A stretch of DNA of 64,000 nucleotides from Candidatus Hermodarchaeota archaeon (GCA_048885535.1 JBHLLO010000007.1:1-64000); one strand, 5' to 3'; shown: positions 1 to 10,693, counted from the stretch's first letter. A program made the numbers and translations. The notes: generated by a model from the sequence alone, not told the origin.

Positions 1-130
1 AGTTTTTACGTATATGTTTTAAAATAATTGCTATATTTTAATTTATTAAGCGTATTTTAAAAAATTTGGTTTTATGTAATTTAACCAGATTTTAGGCTAT
101 TAAAATTGAAATTATAGAGATTAGTTTAAC

Positions 131-430
131 ATGTGTGAATTTAAAATTATAAGTAAAAATGATGGGTCTCAAATATTAGAGGATATAGTCATCCTATCCT
201 ATAATGAAAATTATGAATTAAACTGCAAAGATGTATTAGGTATCGGTGAAAGCTTAAAGTCAACGTTGATTTTGAATGTAAATACTTTGAATCAAACTTG
301 TATTGTGCTGGAGCATCCAATTATTCAAGATTTTCTAAAGTTAGTAAATGATATAAATAATAGGTCTATTACAAAAGTACAAATAGATGATTTCCAGAAT
401 CAATTAGATAAAATTAAAGCTACCATTTAG
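131..430 (+). CDS. CooT-family nickel-binding protein with a C-terminal extension
   Basis: Starts MCE (Cys2 is typical of CooT), followed by 'ILEDIV...KDVLG' in a small beta-rich domain, then a ~35 aa helical tail. Confidence 0.6.
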   Translation: MCEFKIISKNDGSQILEDIVILSYNENYELNCKDVLGIGESLKSTLILNVNTLNQTCIVLEHPIIQDFLKLVNDINNRSITKVQIDDFQNQLDKIKATI

Positions 431-489
431 ATTAAGAACTTTCTTAAAAGTAGAGTAGAATTATTAAGAAAATTTACTTTTTTAAGAGC

Positions 490-1359
490 ATGGAAAGGAA
501 ATTTTATACTGATATTGATGAATTTAATGAGTTAGTTTTTGCATTTTTAGTACAAAGAGAAGCGGAGAATAACTTAATCTTAGCAATTTTAGATGGTCTT
601 AAAAAGGATATCCATAGGTATGGACAAGAAACCCCTTTGCTGTTTCTAATCAGTGAAAATGACCTAATTAAACTAGTTTCGATTAGAACACCTCCATTTG
701 ATTTAATAATTTCTTACACCGATGATTTAAATACCATTGACCTTCTTATTGAAAAATTAATACAACGTGGTGAAATTTTGCCAGGGGTATTAAGCTTTAA
801 GGATGCAGCAGATAAGTTTTCAAGAATCTGGGCTAAAAAGAGCAAAATAAAATCAAAATTATTAAGAAGTGAACGGGTGTATAAACTAGAAAAAGTAGCT
901 GAAAATACAATTGGAGATAAGGTGTTTATTAATGCAACAAAAAAATATGAGACTTTTGTTTTAAAATCCGTTAAGGAAATGATGTTAGAAGCTTTAATTG
1001 AAGTTTCTGAAGAGAGAGTACAAGAAACTGTACAATTTTTTAGAAATCAAATGGATGAAGGAAGGAGCACGATTTATTTACTTATAGGTGATGATAATAA
1101 TCCCTTGTCAATAGTAAATAAAGCAGGAAAGACACCGAATGGAAATTTCATCAATTTTGTATATACGCCTCCACATTTAAGGAAAAAAGGTTATGCAACA
1201 GAAATTGTTGCCAAAATAAGTAAAATGCTTTTAGAGGAAGGAAACAAATATTGTTTTTTATTTACAGATTTAAGTAATCCAACATCGAATAGTATTTATC
1301 AAAAAGTTGGTTATCGTCCAGTGATTGATATGAATCACTATAAGTTTACTTCTATTTAA
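490..1359 (+). CDS. GNAT-family acetyltransferase (FR47-like C-terminal domain)
   Basis: VYTPPHLRKKGYA acetyl-CoA motif and LFTDLSNPTSNSIYQKVGY. Confidence 0.85.
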   Translation: MERKFYTDIDEFNELVFAFLVQREAENNLILAILDGLKKDIHRYGQETPLLFLISENDLIKLVSIRTPPFDLIISYTDDLNTIDLLIEKLIQRGEILPGVLSFKDAADKFSRIWAKKSKIKSKLLRSERVYKLEKVAENTIGDKVFINATKKYETFVLKSVKEMMLEALIEVSEERVQETVQFFRNQMDEGRSTIYLLIGDDNNPLSIVNKAGKTPNGNFINFVYTPPHLRKKGYATEIVAKISKMLLEEGNKYCFLFTDLSNPTSNSIYQKVGYRPVIDMNHYKFTSI

Positions 1360-1430
1360 AAAAAGAGAATAAAAAAAAATAAACGAGAAAGTCTCCTGAT
1401 TTTCTCCTGATTAGTTAGTTTTTACTTGAT

Positions 1431-1727
1431 TTATTTTTTTGGTGGAATTATTTCAATTTCAATAGATGATACATTTGTTTCAGTATTGTCTTCATTAGTT
1501 ATCGTTTCGGTATCAATTTTAATTTCTCCATAAGTACTTCCAGGCACAAACTTATTTATCAGAATTTCAGATACATCTACTGCCCTGGCTATTGATCTGC
1601 CTCGAGCAAGAATTTTTACAGGTCTATTATTAAGAATTACCATTGCTGCCATAACATAACTCATTGATTTCTTTTTACCGATAAACACTTTTTCTGTATC
1701 ATCTTCAACTTTCTTTTTCTTAGCCAC
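1431..1727 (-). CDS. albA: DNA/RNA-binding protein Alba
   Basis: VFIGKK..MSYV, ILARGRSIARAVDVSE and NVSSIEIEI; GTG start preceded by the SD-like AGGTGA. Confidence 0.93.
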   Translation of the reverse strand: MAKKKKVEDDTEKVFIGKKKSMSYVMAAMVILNNRPVKILARGRSIARAVDVSEILINKFVPGSTYGEIKIDTETITNEDNTETNVSSIEIEIIPPKK

Positions 1728-1958
1728 TTTCCTTCACCTATAATCGAGCTAATTTTAAATTTTCTTACGATTTTCAGCTTTTTTAGTCAAAGATTGGTTT
1801 TTCATATAAAAAATATGCAAAGTTAGTTATGGGTAATTAACTTAAACCATGATTTAAAGATTGTGTATATTAACTTATCTTGTAAAAATTTTACTAATTA
1901 TTATATTAGGATAGAATTTTCTATTGATACCTTTCCGTGGAGATGAACTTATAATCAT

Positions 1959-2744
1959 TTAAGGTTTCCAATTAAATTTTTCTCTAAGATTTTCAATCAT
2001 CTCCTCTTTATTTTCAAACTTATACCAATCTGATCCAATTTTTTCTAATTCATACCCGACTTTAAAGCTTTTATCGAGTAAATGATTACTAAACAATTTT
2101 ATTGCATTTAAAACAGTTTGATTTTTTGAGTAGAGAAATTTTACTTTATCCATTGCTGCTTCCATTAAATCAACCTTTGAAGATACAATCTGGTCAATTA
2201 ATCCTATTTCTAAGGCTTTTTCAGTATTAATTTTTTCTGAAAAAAGTAACATCTTCTTAGTCCAAGAGATCCCTATTATTTTGGAAAACAATATTATACA
2301 ACCTGTACCAGGAAATATAGCTGAGTTAATTTCAGGCATTTGGAAATAACTATCCTTTATAGCAATACGATAATCACAACAAATCAGAAAAACAACTCCT
2401 TCTCCTAAAGTTCGACCATTTATTGCACATATAGAAGGCTTTCCATTGTATAACAATTCACATATCTGAGCTGCTAATGTTTCTAGCTTTTTAACATCCT
2501 CATAGCTATATGATGTGACAGCCGCTAAGTCCATTCCTGTACTAAAGCTATCTCCATTAGCAGTGAGTATTAAACCTTTAATTTTTTTATTCTGTTGGCA
2601 ATACTTTATTGCTTTTTCCAAAAATTCCAGTTGTTCAATTGTAAAGGCATTTGATTTATGTGTTCTATTAAGAGTTATTATTCCAAATCTTCTTTGAATA
2701 GAAAAATTAATATATTGTCCAAACTCCAAATCATCAGAAGACAT
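1959..2744 (-). CDS. Enoyl-CoA hydratase/isomerase (crotonase) family
   Basis: ITLNR..KSNA, FSTGMDL, KPSICAING, CDYRIA and MPE motifs. Confidence 0.9.
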   Translation of the reverse strand: MSSDDLEFGQYINFSIQRRFGIITLNRTHKSNAFTIEQLEFLEKAIKYCQQNKKIKGLILTANGDSFSTGMDLAAVTSYSYEDVKKLETLAAQICELLYNGKPSICAINGRTLGEGVVFLICCDYRIAIKDSYFQMPEINSAIFPGTGCIILFSKIIGISWTKKMLLFSEKINTEKALEIGLIDQIVSSKVDLMEAAMDKVKFLYSKNQTVLNAIKLFSNHLLDKSFKVGYELEKIGSDWYKFENKEEMIENLREKFNWKP

Positions 2745-2851
2745 AATTTAAATTAATTTTCTCTTAATAAAAAATAATAATAATTTGAATATCATTTGAA
2801 TTTTGTAGTAAAAATAAAAGATATCTATAAATACAAAAATACGTTTAGTTA

Positions 2852-4963
2852 ATGACAACTAAAATAACTGATTACCTCAAGGAAAAGCCAAAAGTTTTGA
2901 GGAAAAAAGATCTGATAAAAGTTCCAAATTTAAAAAAGACTTTTACACAAATAAATCAGCATCTTTATGGAAAATTAAGATACACTAACACTGATACAAG
3001 GTCAAGATCCAAAGAAATAATAAACTTGTTATTATGCAAAATAATCGACGAAAAAAATAAAACTCCTGGAGAACCCGTTGATTTCTGTATTAAAGAAGGA
3101 GAAAAAGCTTATATTTTATCCTTAAGAATTAAAGACTTTTTTAAGAAAAATGTAAAAGAGAAGTATCAAGATATTTTTGAAAAAGACGAAAAAATTAATC
3201 TAAACAAGGAACTAATCTATTTGGTAGTAAAGGAGTTGCAAAATATATCATTGTTAAACTCTTCTCGAGATATCTTTAGTGATGCTTTTGAGATTTTCGT
3301 AAGCAAGGTACTAAAAGACGAGGGTGGACAATTTTTTACTCCCTCAAATGTAATAAAATTTATGGTAAATTATTTGAATCCAAATATAGATGCAAAAATC
3401 CTCGACCCCGCATGTGGGCATGGAGGTTTTTTACTCGAGACTAAAGATTTACTTTGGTTGAAAATCGAAAATGAGATTAAGGATAAAAATGAAACTCTTG
3501 AACAAAAGAAATTTGAAATTATTTCTAATTTGTACGGGATAGATAAAGACTCCTTCCTAGTCAAATTATGCAAATTATACTTAGAAATTTTGAGTGGAGA
3601 AAAGTCTTACATCTTCTGCGAGGATTCATTAGATATTGATAAATATCAAAAATATGCAAGAGAAACCATAAGGGATGATTTTTTTGACTATATTATAACT
3701 AACCCCCCCTTTGGTTCAAAGATTCCAATTGATGATAAATCTATTTTAGCCCAATACGAACTCGGACATATGTGGAAAAATGATAAAGGTAAATGGAAAA
3801 TGCAAAATAGAATTGTAAAACAACAGCCTCCACAGATTTTATTTATTGAAAGATGCATTCAATTACTTAATAATGAAGGGAAGTTAGGAATAATCTTACC
3901 TGAAGGTATATTTGGTAATCCAACAGATCGGTATATTTGGGAATATTTAAATTCAAAAGGTAAAATTTTGGGGATTATTTCATTAGATCAAAATACTTTT
4001 CAACCTTATACATGTAATAAAACAAGTATTTTATTTTTTCAAAAATTAAAAAATGTGCCTAAAGATTATAAACTAGATTTTGCAATCGTTGATAATGTTG
4101 GACATGATAAGGATGGTAAAACTTTATACAAATTAAATAAGGATGGAACTAATAAATTAGATACTGAGGGAAAACCCATAATAAATGACGAACTAATTGA
4201 TTTAAACGAAAAGTTGATGAATTGTGAGGAATTTGACTACTCAACAGACCAAAAAGTCTTTAAAATCAATTTTAGTCAAATAAAGAATAGTATATTCATT
4301 CCTTATTATTATATAGGGGTAGAAAAAACACTTAAAAAGTTAGAAAAGGATAAAGATTTCATATTATATTCAATGAAGGATTTAGCATCAAGAAATATTA
4401 TTTTTACAAATAAAAGTGGATATCTCCCTAGAGGAGATGAGATAGGATCGAATGTGTATGGATTAGGGGATATTCCTTTTATACGTACAAGTGATATAAA
4501 TAATTGGGAAGTGAATTTAGCTTCACATAAAAAAACTAGTAAAGAAGTATATGAAAGATATAAAGAAAAGCAAAACATCGAAGTTGGAGATCTACTTTTA
4601 GTAAAAGATGGTGGACCTAATCTCATCGGTAACACAGCCTATATTACAGAATTAGATACTGAAATAATAATTCAAAGTCATATATTTCAAATCAAAACTA
4701 AACCAAATAAAGAACAAATCGACTCATATTTAGTTCTTTATCTACTAAACTTGGATATTGTCCAAAAGCAAATTCAAGCAATAACATTCATCCAAGGAAC
4801 TATTGCCACGATTGGAAATCGTATAATGGATGTATTATTACCTATACCAAAAGATATAGATAAAAGAATAGACATTTCAAACTTTGTAAGACAAATTATT
4901 GAGGAAAAAATAGAAATAAGAAAAAAACTTTATAATATCTCTTTGAATGATTTTTTTAAGTGA
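2852..4963 (+). CDS. N6-adenine DNA methyltransferase (HsdM-like) fused to one HsdS-like target recognition domain
   Basis: GQFFTP, ILDPACGHGGFL (motif I) and ITNPPFG (motif IV); C-terminal 'IPFIRTSDI...GDLLLVKDG...IG..A' TRD pattern. Confidence 0.88.
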   Translation: MTTKITDYLKEKPKVLRKKDLIKVPNLKKTFTQINQHLYGKLRYTNTDTRSRSKEIINLLLCKIIDEKNKTPGEPVDFCIKEGEKAYILSLRIKDFFKKNVKEKYQDIFEKDEKINLNKELIYLVVKELQNISLLNSSRDIFSDAFEIFVSKVLKDEGGQFFTPSNVIKFMVNYLNPNIDAKILDPACGHGGFLLETKDLLWLKIENEIKDKNETLEQKKFEIISNLYGIDKDSFLVKLCKLYLEILSGEKSYIFCEDSLDIDKYQKYARETIRDDFFDYIITNPPFGSKIPIDDKSILAQYELGHMWKNDKGKWKMQNRIVKQQPPQILFIERCIQLLNNEGKLGIILPEGIFGNPTDRYIWEYLNSKGKILGIISLDQNTFQPYTCNKTSILFFQKLKNVPKDYKLDFAIVDNVGHDKDGKTLYKLNKDGTNKLDTEGKPIINDELIDLNEKLMNCEEFDYSTDQKVFKINFSQIKNSIFIPYYYIGVEKTLKKLEKDKDFILYSMKDLASRNIIFTNKSGYLPRGDEIGSNVYGLGDIPFIRTSDINNWEVNLASHKKTSKEVYERYKEKQNIEVGDLLLVKDGGPNLIGNTAYITELDTEIIIQSHIFQIKTKPNKEQIDSYLVLYLLNLDIVQKQIQAITFIQGTIATIGNRIMDVLLPIPKDIDKRIDISNFVRQIIEEKIEIRKKLYNISLNDFFK

Positions 4964-5436
4964 CTTTTGATTTTTTATCACAATTTATTGTGTTATTAAT
5001 GGAAATTGAAAAATTTACGATTGAGAATTACGAAAATATTGTTCAACTTTGGAAAAAAGTAGATTTAAGTATTACTTCATCTGATTCAAAGGAAGAAATC
5101 GAAAGAATGATAAAAAAGAATCCTAATTTGTCCTTAATTAGTAAAATTGGGGGAAAAATAGTTGGAGTTGTTATGGGCGGGTTTGACGGTAGAAGGGGGT
5201 ACGTCCATCATTTAGCTATTGATCCAAAATATCAGAAAAAGGGATTTGGCAGGAAACTTATGGATGAGTTAATGGAAAGGTTTCGTCAAAAAAAAGTGCA
5301 TAAAGTACATTTATTCATTGAAAAGCGTAATAAAGATGTAATTACATTTTATCAAAAATTAGGATGGGAAATGAGAAACGACTTAGTAATGATGAGTTTT
5401 GTCCCAGATAAAAATCTCTATAAACCAAAAGTTTAA
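4960..5436 (+). CDS. GNAT acetyltransferase (YpeA-like); likely true start is the ATG at 4999
   Basis: VMGGFDGRRGYVHHLAIDPKYQKKGFGR. Confidence 0.88.
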   Translation: MTFDFLSQFIVLLMEIEKFTIENYENIVQLWKKVDLSITSSDSKEEIERMIKKNPNLSLISKIGGKIVGVVMGGFDGRRGYVHHLAIDPKYQKKGFGRKLMDELMERFRQKKVHKVHLFIEKRNKDVITFYQKLGWEMRNDLVMMSFVPDKNLYKPKV

Positions 5437-5494
5437 GTAATACTAATAGTAAGGAATGAACTGTTAATATATTTGTATAAAATGGTTAGATAGT

Positions 5495-6106
5495 ATGAAT
5501 TTTAATGAACTGATGAGTTGGATAAACTTTATAGTTCTTAATTTGAGTATTATCTTAAGTTTTTTGTTTTATGGTTTAAGTGTTATCCCCATTACCCGTG
5601 AAGAGAAAATTGGGAAGAGTGTATGGAGGCAAAGCAATATTTTCAGAATTTTATCTGATATCATATTCTTAATCCTAATAATCACAATTTTTATGTGGAT
5701 TTGGTTCCCTATTCCTGTTTTTAATTGGAAAATACTAAATCATTACTATATTTTGATAATCCTCTCGATTTTGATTTCGATGCCATCGTTCTATATTCTT
5801 ATAAGAGCATTAAAAGATGCAGGAAAAGAAACTATTGAAACATCTAAAGAAACTCAAATGTACGGAGGAATTTATAAACATATTAGGCATCCTCAAATTT
5901 CAGGTTCTATACTGATGTTCTGTATGTTCTGTTTCATAATAAATACTCTTTTTCTATTAATTTGGATAGGAATTTTGATGATATGTATAGTTCCAATTGT
6001 AATACACTTCGAGGAAAAAGATTTAATAAAAAAATTTGGTCAAAAATATTTAATATACAAAAAAAATACAGGAGCTTTATTTCCTAAATTTTGGCAGAAA
6101 ACATAA
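5495..6106 (+). CDS. Isoprenylcysteine carboxyl methyltransferase / PEMT-family membrane methyltransferase
   Basis: Several TM helices; GIYKHIRHP and EEKDL..KFG..Y..YKK.TGALFP. Confidence 0.8.
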   Translation: MNFNELMSWINFIVLNLSIILSFLFYGLSVIPITREEKIGKSVWRQSNIFRILSDIIFLILIITIFMWIWFPIPVFNWKILNHYYILIILSILISMPSFYILIRALKDAGKETIETSKETQMYGGIYKHIRHPQISGSILMFCMFCFIINTLFLLIWIGILMICIVPIVIHFEEKDLIKKFGQKYLIYKKNTGALFPKFWQKT

Positions 6107-6157
6107 TTCATTTTATTATAGTTAAATAGAAAGAAAATGAAATTAGAAAAAAAAAAA

Positions 6158-7675
6158 TTAATGCTTAGAATTAATTTTTAACTTTAGTCTTTTCTTAGAA
6201 ATTAAAATTGTAATCCCTATCATTAATGTAAAGCCTAATAAAAAGATAGGATATCCTGGAATTTCACCTTCCCCGATACTGAAATAAGCCTTAAAAACAG
6301 GATCGTGACTTAGTTTACCACCAGCACCTTCACCGTAATCTGGGTAACATGTTATAAAAAAAGCTGCGGTTTCATTTGGTTGGAGACCTGTCCAAACATC
6401 ATCAAATGGAATGCCATATGTAAAGTGATTCGTTTGATTAATTGCATAACAAGCTATCAACCTCCCAAAATCACCAACTAATGGGAGCATACCCGACACA
6501 AAACTAATAAATTCTTCATCGGCATTAACATCTAAACATTCATACAGAGCATCTCTATCCCCTAAATCAGTTCCATTAATATGAGTTAGATGATAAGTGG
6601 GTTTCTGGCTAAATGCAAAATCAAAAGCATGTAAACCTCCTAATGTTGTTCTTACTTCCGTTAACCCAGTTTTATGCACTGTTGCATTAATTTCTCCCTC
6701 TAAGAGATCTGTTAATGCCCAATCTTGATCGGCATATATAAAACTCCATGTACCCAAACACATTGCCCAATACTGGGGCATATAACCTTGATCCCCCTCA
6801 AAAGCTTGATGCCACGTATCAGTTAAATTTTCTCTGTACATTAAAACCCCAAAATCCCCAGTTTCATAATCTTGGTATAATGTTGCCTCACCAGCGGCAG
6901 TATCAACTTCTAAAGTATACTCATAGTATACATAAGTTTGGTTTCCAATAACTTGCGACCCATCGATATAAGTTCCTGGATCTGAATAGTTAAATCCCCA
7001 ATCAAAACCTCTTCCTAATGGAGCCACAGCCATAGTACGATTGGTTTTTGGGACATAAAACACAATATCACTATAATTATATCCCCAATTGTATGTAATA
7101 ATAGAACCACTTACACTTCTTTGAAGAGGCTTTGCTATTGTTTTTGGATTTGAATATATTCCAACATCATTTCTTAATCTTGGACTGTTTGTACCCATAT
7201 AAAAAAATGGATTGATTTCCTCGTCAAGAGCCTCATCATAGGCATCGTTATTATTTTGATCAGCAAATCCAAACCACGCACAATGCATTGAAGCAATCCA
7301 TATTTCCGAACCCCATAAATATGCATGTTGCCACCACATTTGAGCAGGTGTTATATAAGTTACATCAACCCCACCTTCCTTATGTGTATGGTTAAGAAAG
7401 GCCAACATTCCCATTTCAAAATTACCTTCTTTAATCCATTTTACATTCCAAGTGTTATTCAACCAGCTTCTCATATCATCTACTTCTGGATGATCCCAAT
7501 GAGAATTGTTAAAGATATTTATATCCCAGTAATTTTCATCAAATGTATGACCTCCAAACGCATCCTCAGGGCTGGGAGGACCATCTTGTGCCATACTAAT
7601 TGGCGTATATATCCCTGTAAATATTAGAAACCCCAAAAAGAAGAAACTAATTAAACATTTTATTGATGTCTTCAT
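6158..7675 (-). CDS. Secreted surface protein with a Loki-CTERM-like sorting signal
   Basis: N-terminal signal peptide; acidic/aromatic body with N-glycosylation sequons; C-terminal IPGY + TM helix + basic tail (KKRLKLK). Confidence 0.75.
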   Translation of the reverse strand: MKTSIKCLISFFFLGFLIFTGIYTPISMAQDGPPSPEDAFGGHTFDENYWDINIFNNSHWDHPEVDDMRSWLNNTWNVKWIKEGNFEMGMLAFLNHTHKEGGVDVTYITPAQMWWQHAYLWGSEIWIASMHCAWFGFADQNNNDAYDEALDEEINPFFYMGTNSPRLRNDVGIYSNPKTIAKPLQRSVSGSIITYNWGYNYSDIVFYVPKTNRTMAVAPLGRGFDWGFNYSDPGTYIDGSQVIGNQTYVYYEYTLEVDTAAGEATLYQDYETGDFGVLMYRENLTDTWHQAFEGDQGYMPQYWAMCLGTWSFIYADQDWALTDLLEGEINATVHKTGLTEVRTTLGGLHAFDFAFSQKPTYHLTHINGTDLGDRDALYECLDVNADEEFISFVSGMLPLVGDFGRLIACYAINQTNHFTYGIPFDDVWTGLQPNETAAFFITCYPDYGEGAGGKLSHDPVFKAYFSIGEGEIPGYPIFLLGFTLMIGITILISKKRLKLKINSKH

Positions 7676-7820
7676 TACTATACCACATATATTCTTTTAT
7701 TAGATTATCTTCAAAAACATAGTTTAATACTTATTTAAACTTATCTTTCATTTTTCTAATAATTTCAATAAAATTACTTAAATTAATTAAAAAATAATTT
7801 GAAAATTAAGAGTATTTGAA

Positions 7821-8843
7821 TTATGAAATCCGAGAACATAACTTTTTTAGTATTTTCTCTGCTCCATTACAAAAATTGGTAATAATATTATCAACATCCA
7901 TTATGGAATCAATAAGTCCGCACGTTTGACCAACAGGTACTGCTCCATTTTCAACATCTCCTTTGGTATACACTATCTCGTAGGCACAAAGGTCTTTTAA
8001 ATATTCATCCATTTCATATGCTAACTCTTGAGAGATTTTCTGCTCTTTTGACATTACCTTGCCATGTTCTAATGCATATTTATTTTTCAATAACCTAATT
8101 GGACCAAATCCTCCAGTTGTTAATAATGTATCCTTAGATGTTGCTGGAGGGATAAGAGCTTTGTAATTTGGGTGAAATTCACTTTGGTTAGAGGCAATAA
8201 ATCTAGTACCCATTGCTATAGCGTCTGCGCCCATAGCTAATCCTGCAGCGACTCCTTCTGGACTGGAAAAACCTCCACAAGCGACTATAGGAATATCTGG
8301 ATATTTCCTTGCGGCTTCTTGAACAAGAACCAGAGTACTAATACCTTCATAACTCTGATGACCTCCTCCTTCTGTACCAGTAGCCACGATTCCATCACAT
8401 CCTGCACCAACAATCTTATCAATTAACCATAAAGCGGGTCCTACATGAAAATGTTTGATTTGAGGTGCTTTTTGTTTCAGCATTTGACTAGCAAAACGGG
8501 CTGAACCTGCACTTGTAAGTAAATATACAAGCTGTTCTCGCAATTTAGGATTTTCCTTACACCACTGAGTAATTTTTCTTAACATGATTTTATGATCAGT
8601 TTGTATTCTTGCGGTTCTGATATTAACCCCAAATGGTTTATCAGTATGTTCTATCACATATTCTAATTGCTTCTTCATATCTTCTAATGAATTTTTTCCC
8701 CTTAAAGTAGCGTGACTAACGACACCTAAACCACCCACCTCAGAAACAGCTATACATAATTCTGTAGTATAGAAGGGACCCATTGGAGCACTTATTATAG
8801 GATATTTTAATCCAAACAACTCTGTTATTCGTGTTTTAATCAA
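7821..8843 (-). CDS. Nitronate monooxygenase / FabK-like FMN enoyl reductase family
   Basis: KTRITELFGLKYPIISAPM, GTEGGGH, PIVACGG and MGTRFIAS. Confidence 0.88.
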   Translation of the reverse strand: MIKTRITELFGLKYPIISAPMGPFYTTELCIAVSEVGGLGVVSHATLRGKNSLEDMKKQLEYVIEHTDKPFGVNIRTARIQTDHKIMLRKITQWCKENPKLREQLVYLLTSAGSARFASQMLKQKAPQIKHFHVGPALWLIDKIVGAGCDGIVATGTEGGGHQSYEGISTLVLVQEAARKYPDIPIVACGGFSSPEGVAAGLAMGADAIAMGTRFIASNQSEFHPNYKALIPPATSKDTLLTTGGFGPIRLLKNKYALEHGKVMSKEQKISQELAYEMDEYLKDLCAYEIVYTKGDVENGAVPVGQTCGLIDSIMDVDNIITNFCNGAEKILKKLCSRIS

Positions 8844-9010
8844 TTTTTATTCACACATAAAAAATCTATAAGTATGGTTATGATTACTCTTTCGCACTTA
8901 AAAAAATTATCAAATTGGCTTTTTTCAATATTTACGTAAATAAATTTTTTCAATTTAACATAAACATTCTAACAAAAAAATAAGAGAGGAAAGGTCTAGG
9001 TCTGTGATAA

Positions 9011-10693
9011 TTAACTATCCCAGCCACCTTGCGCTCTCGCGAGCTTAATATCTTCATCAACTCTAGATTGTAATGCCACATAATCCGTTTTTGCTACTCG
9101 ATTAAGCGGAAACTCGCCTAAAAATACCACCATTGAGGGTCTTTTATAGGATGCCATCCCCTTACAGTGTTCCAATACTTCTTGTTCTGTTAGTGTTTTG
9201 CCTTCTTTTAATTTAATATAAGCGACGATTCCTTCAGTAAAAACCTCATGTTTAGCGCCTATTACTCCCACAAACTCAATTTGGGGTAATTCTGCGATAT
9301 GAGCCTCAACTTCAGGAGGAAAAACTTGATATCCTTTCGGCTTTATCAGAAACTTCCTTCGTCCTACAAGATGGAGCCCTTTTTCATCAATATAGCCCAT
9401 ATCTCCTGTATATAAATACCCCTCTAATGATAAGGTCTTCTGTGTCGCTTCTTCATTTCCAAAATATCCTAAAAAAGTTTGAGGTCCTTTATAACAAATT
9501 TCTCCAATCTCTCCCCTTGATAATTCTTCTCCCGCGCTTCCATCTTTATTCATAGGTTTTCGAATAGACATAGGATAAATTGGAAAATCATAGCCTAAAG
9601 TACCTATAAATTCATCCAAAGAAAGGTCTGTGGGTGTATAAGAACAAAAACCGGAAGTTTCAGTTAATCCAAGTCCGGTAAACAAATTAGGGGCCATTGT
9701 AGTCAATCTTTCCAAAAAAGGTTTATCAACTGGTTGACCTGCTGCGATCGCATATTTTAGTGAACTAAGATCATAATCATCAAAATTTGGAAGCCTCCAT
9801 TCCATTACGAATAATGCGGGAATCTGTCCCATGACCGTAATCTTATACTTTTGAATGGCATCCAGACTTTTAGCGGGATCGAAAATGTGAAGTACAACTA
9901 CCCCTCCCCCCTTAAAAATAGGGGTCATAAATTGCTCAGTTGTTCCCCCAACATGAGAGGGTGGTAAATTGACCAACATGATGTCATCCTCTTCGGAGTG
10001 AAGTCCCTTTGCTAAACACATATTCTGGCAAGTGATTCCCTTGTTTGTTAACATAGCAGGTTTTGGATATCCTGTGGATCCTGTGGTAAAAATAATTAAT
10101 ATTGGATCATCCTCGCCTACCTTTCCACATTCTGCTATAAATTCTTTCATAGTTTCTGAGTCCATTTGTGCTTCTTCAAATTCTTTTTGAGCTTCTTGCA
10201 TTAACTGAAATGCGGGGATAATCCCTTTCCGATATTTATCATCAGGAGAACTAAATTGGACTACATATTTTAACCATGGATTATTTTTCATAACAGCTGC
10301 TCCAATCATTCCAAAATTTGCAACAGAAGTTTTACCCAGATGGCAGTACATTTTACATTTTTCTTGCAACAAACCCAAGTTTCTCATAATTTCTGGAGGT
10401 TTCAAGCGTAAATCCATGGGGCACCACATTACTCCTAATTTTGCACAAGCATAACCTAATACTATATGTTCATAAAGGAAAGGTAAGGAGGTTGTAATTA
10501 TGTCACCTTTTCTAAATCCTAAATTATAAAGCTTAAATGCCATCATAGTTATGGCATTATAAAAATCTTTAAAAGTATATTTCTTTTCTGTATCATAGAA
10601 AATTAACGCAACTTTATCTGGCTTTTCTTTAGCCCATTTCTCTATAATTCCATTAATTGTATGAGGAACAGTTTTAAATTCTTCCCAGGACAT
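9011..10693 (-). CDS. Acyl-CoA synthetase (AMP-forming)
   Basis: IIFTTGSTGYPK A3 motif, GLGLTETS, YTGDMG and PLNRVAK. Confidence 0.9.
   Translation of the reverse strand: MSWEEFKTVPHTINGIIEKWAKEKPDKVALIFYDTEKKYTFKDFYNAITMMAFKLYNLGFRKGDIITTSLPFLYEHIVLGYACAKLGVMWCPMDLRLKPPEIMRNLGLLQEKCKMYCHLGKTSVANFGMIGAAVMKNNPWLKYVVQFSSPDDKYRKGIIPAFQLMQEAQKEFEEAQMDSETMKEFIAECGKVGEDDPILIIFTTGSTGYPKPAMLTNKGITCQNMCLAKGLHSEEDDIMLVNLPPSHVGGTTEQFMTPIFKGGGVVVLHIFDPAKSLDAIQKYKITVMGQIPALFVMEWRLPNFDDYDLSSLKYAIAAGQPVDKPFLERLTTMAPNLFTGLGLTETSGFCSYTPTDLSLDEFIGTLGYDFPIYPMSIRKPMNKDGSAGEELSRGEIGEICYKGPQTFLGYFGNEEATQKTLSLEGYLYTGDMGYIDEKGLHLVGRRKFLIKPKGYQVFPPEVEAHIAELPQIEFVGVIGAKHEVFTEGIVAYIKLKEGKTLTEQEVLEHCKGMASYKRPSMVVFLGEFPLNRVAKTDYVALQSRVDEDIKLARAQGGWDS

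Noticed and set aside
1921-1958. Slightly GC-richer intergenic patch upstream of alba as a riboswitch, C/D sRNA or SECIS
   Set aside because: No convincing stem or complete box motifs found by eye.
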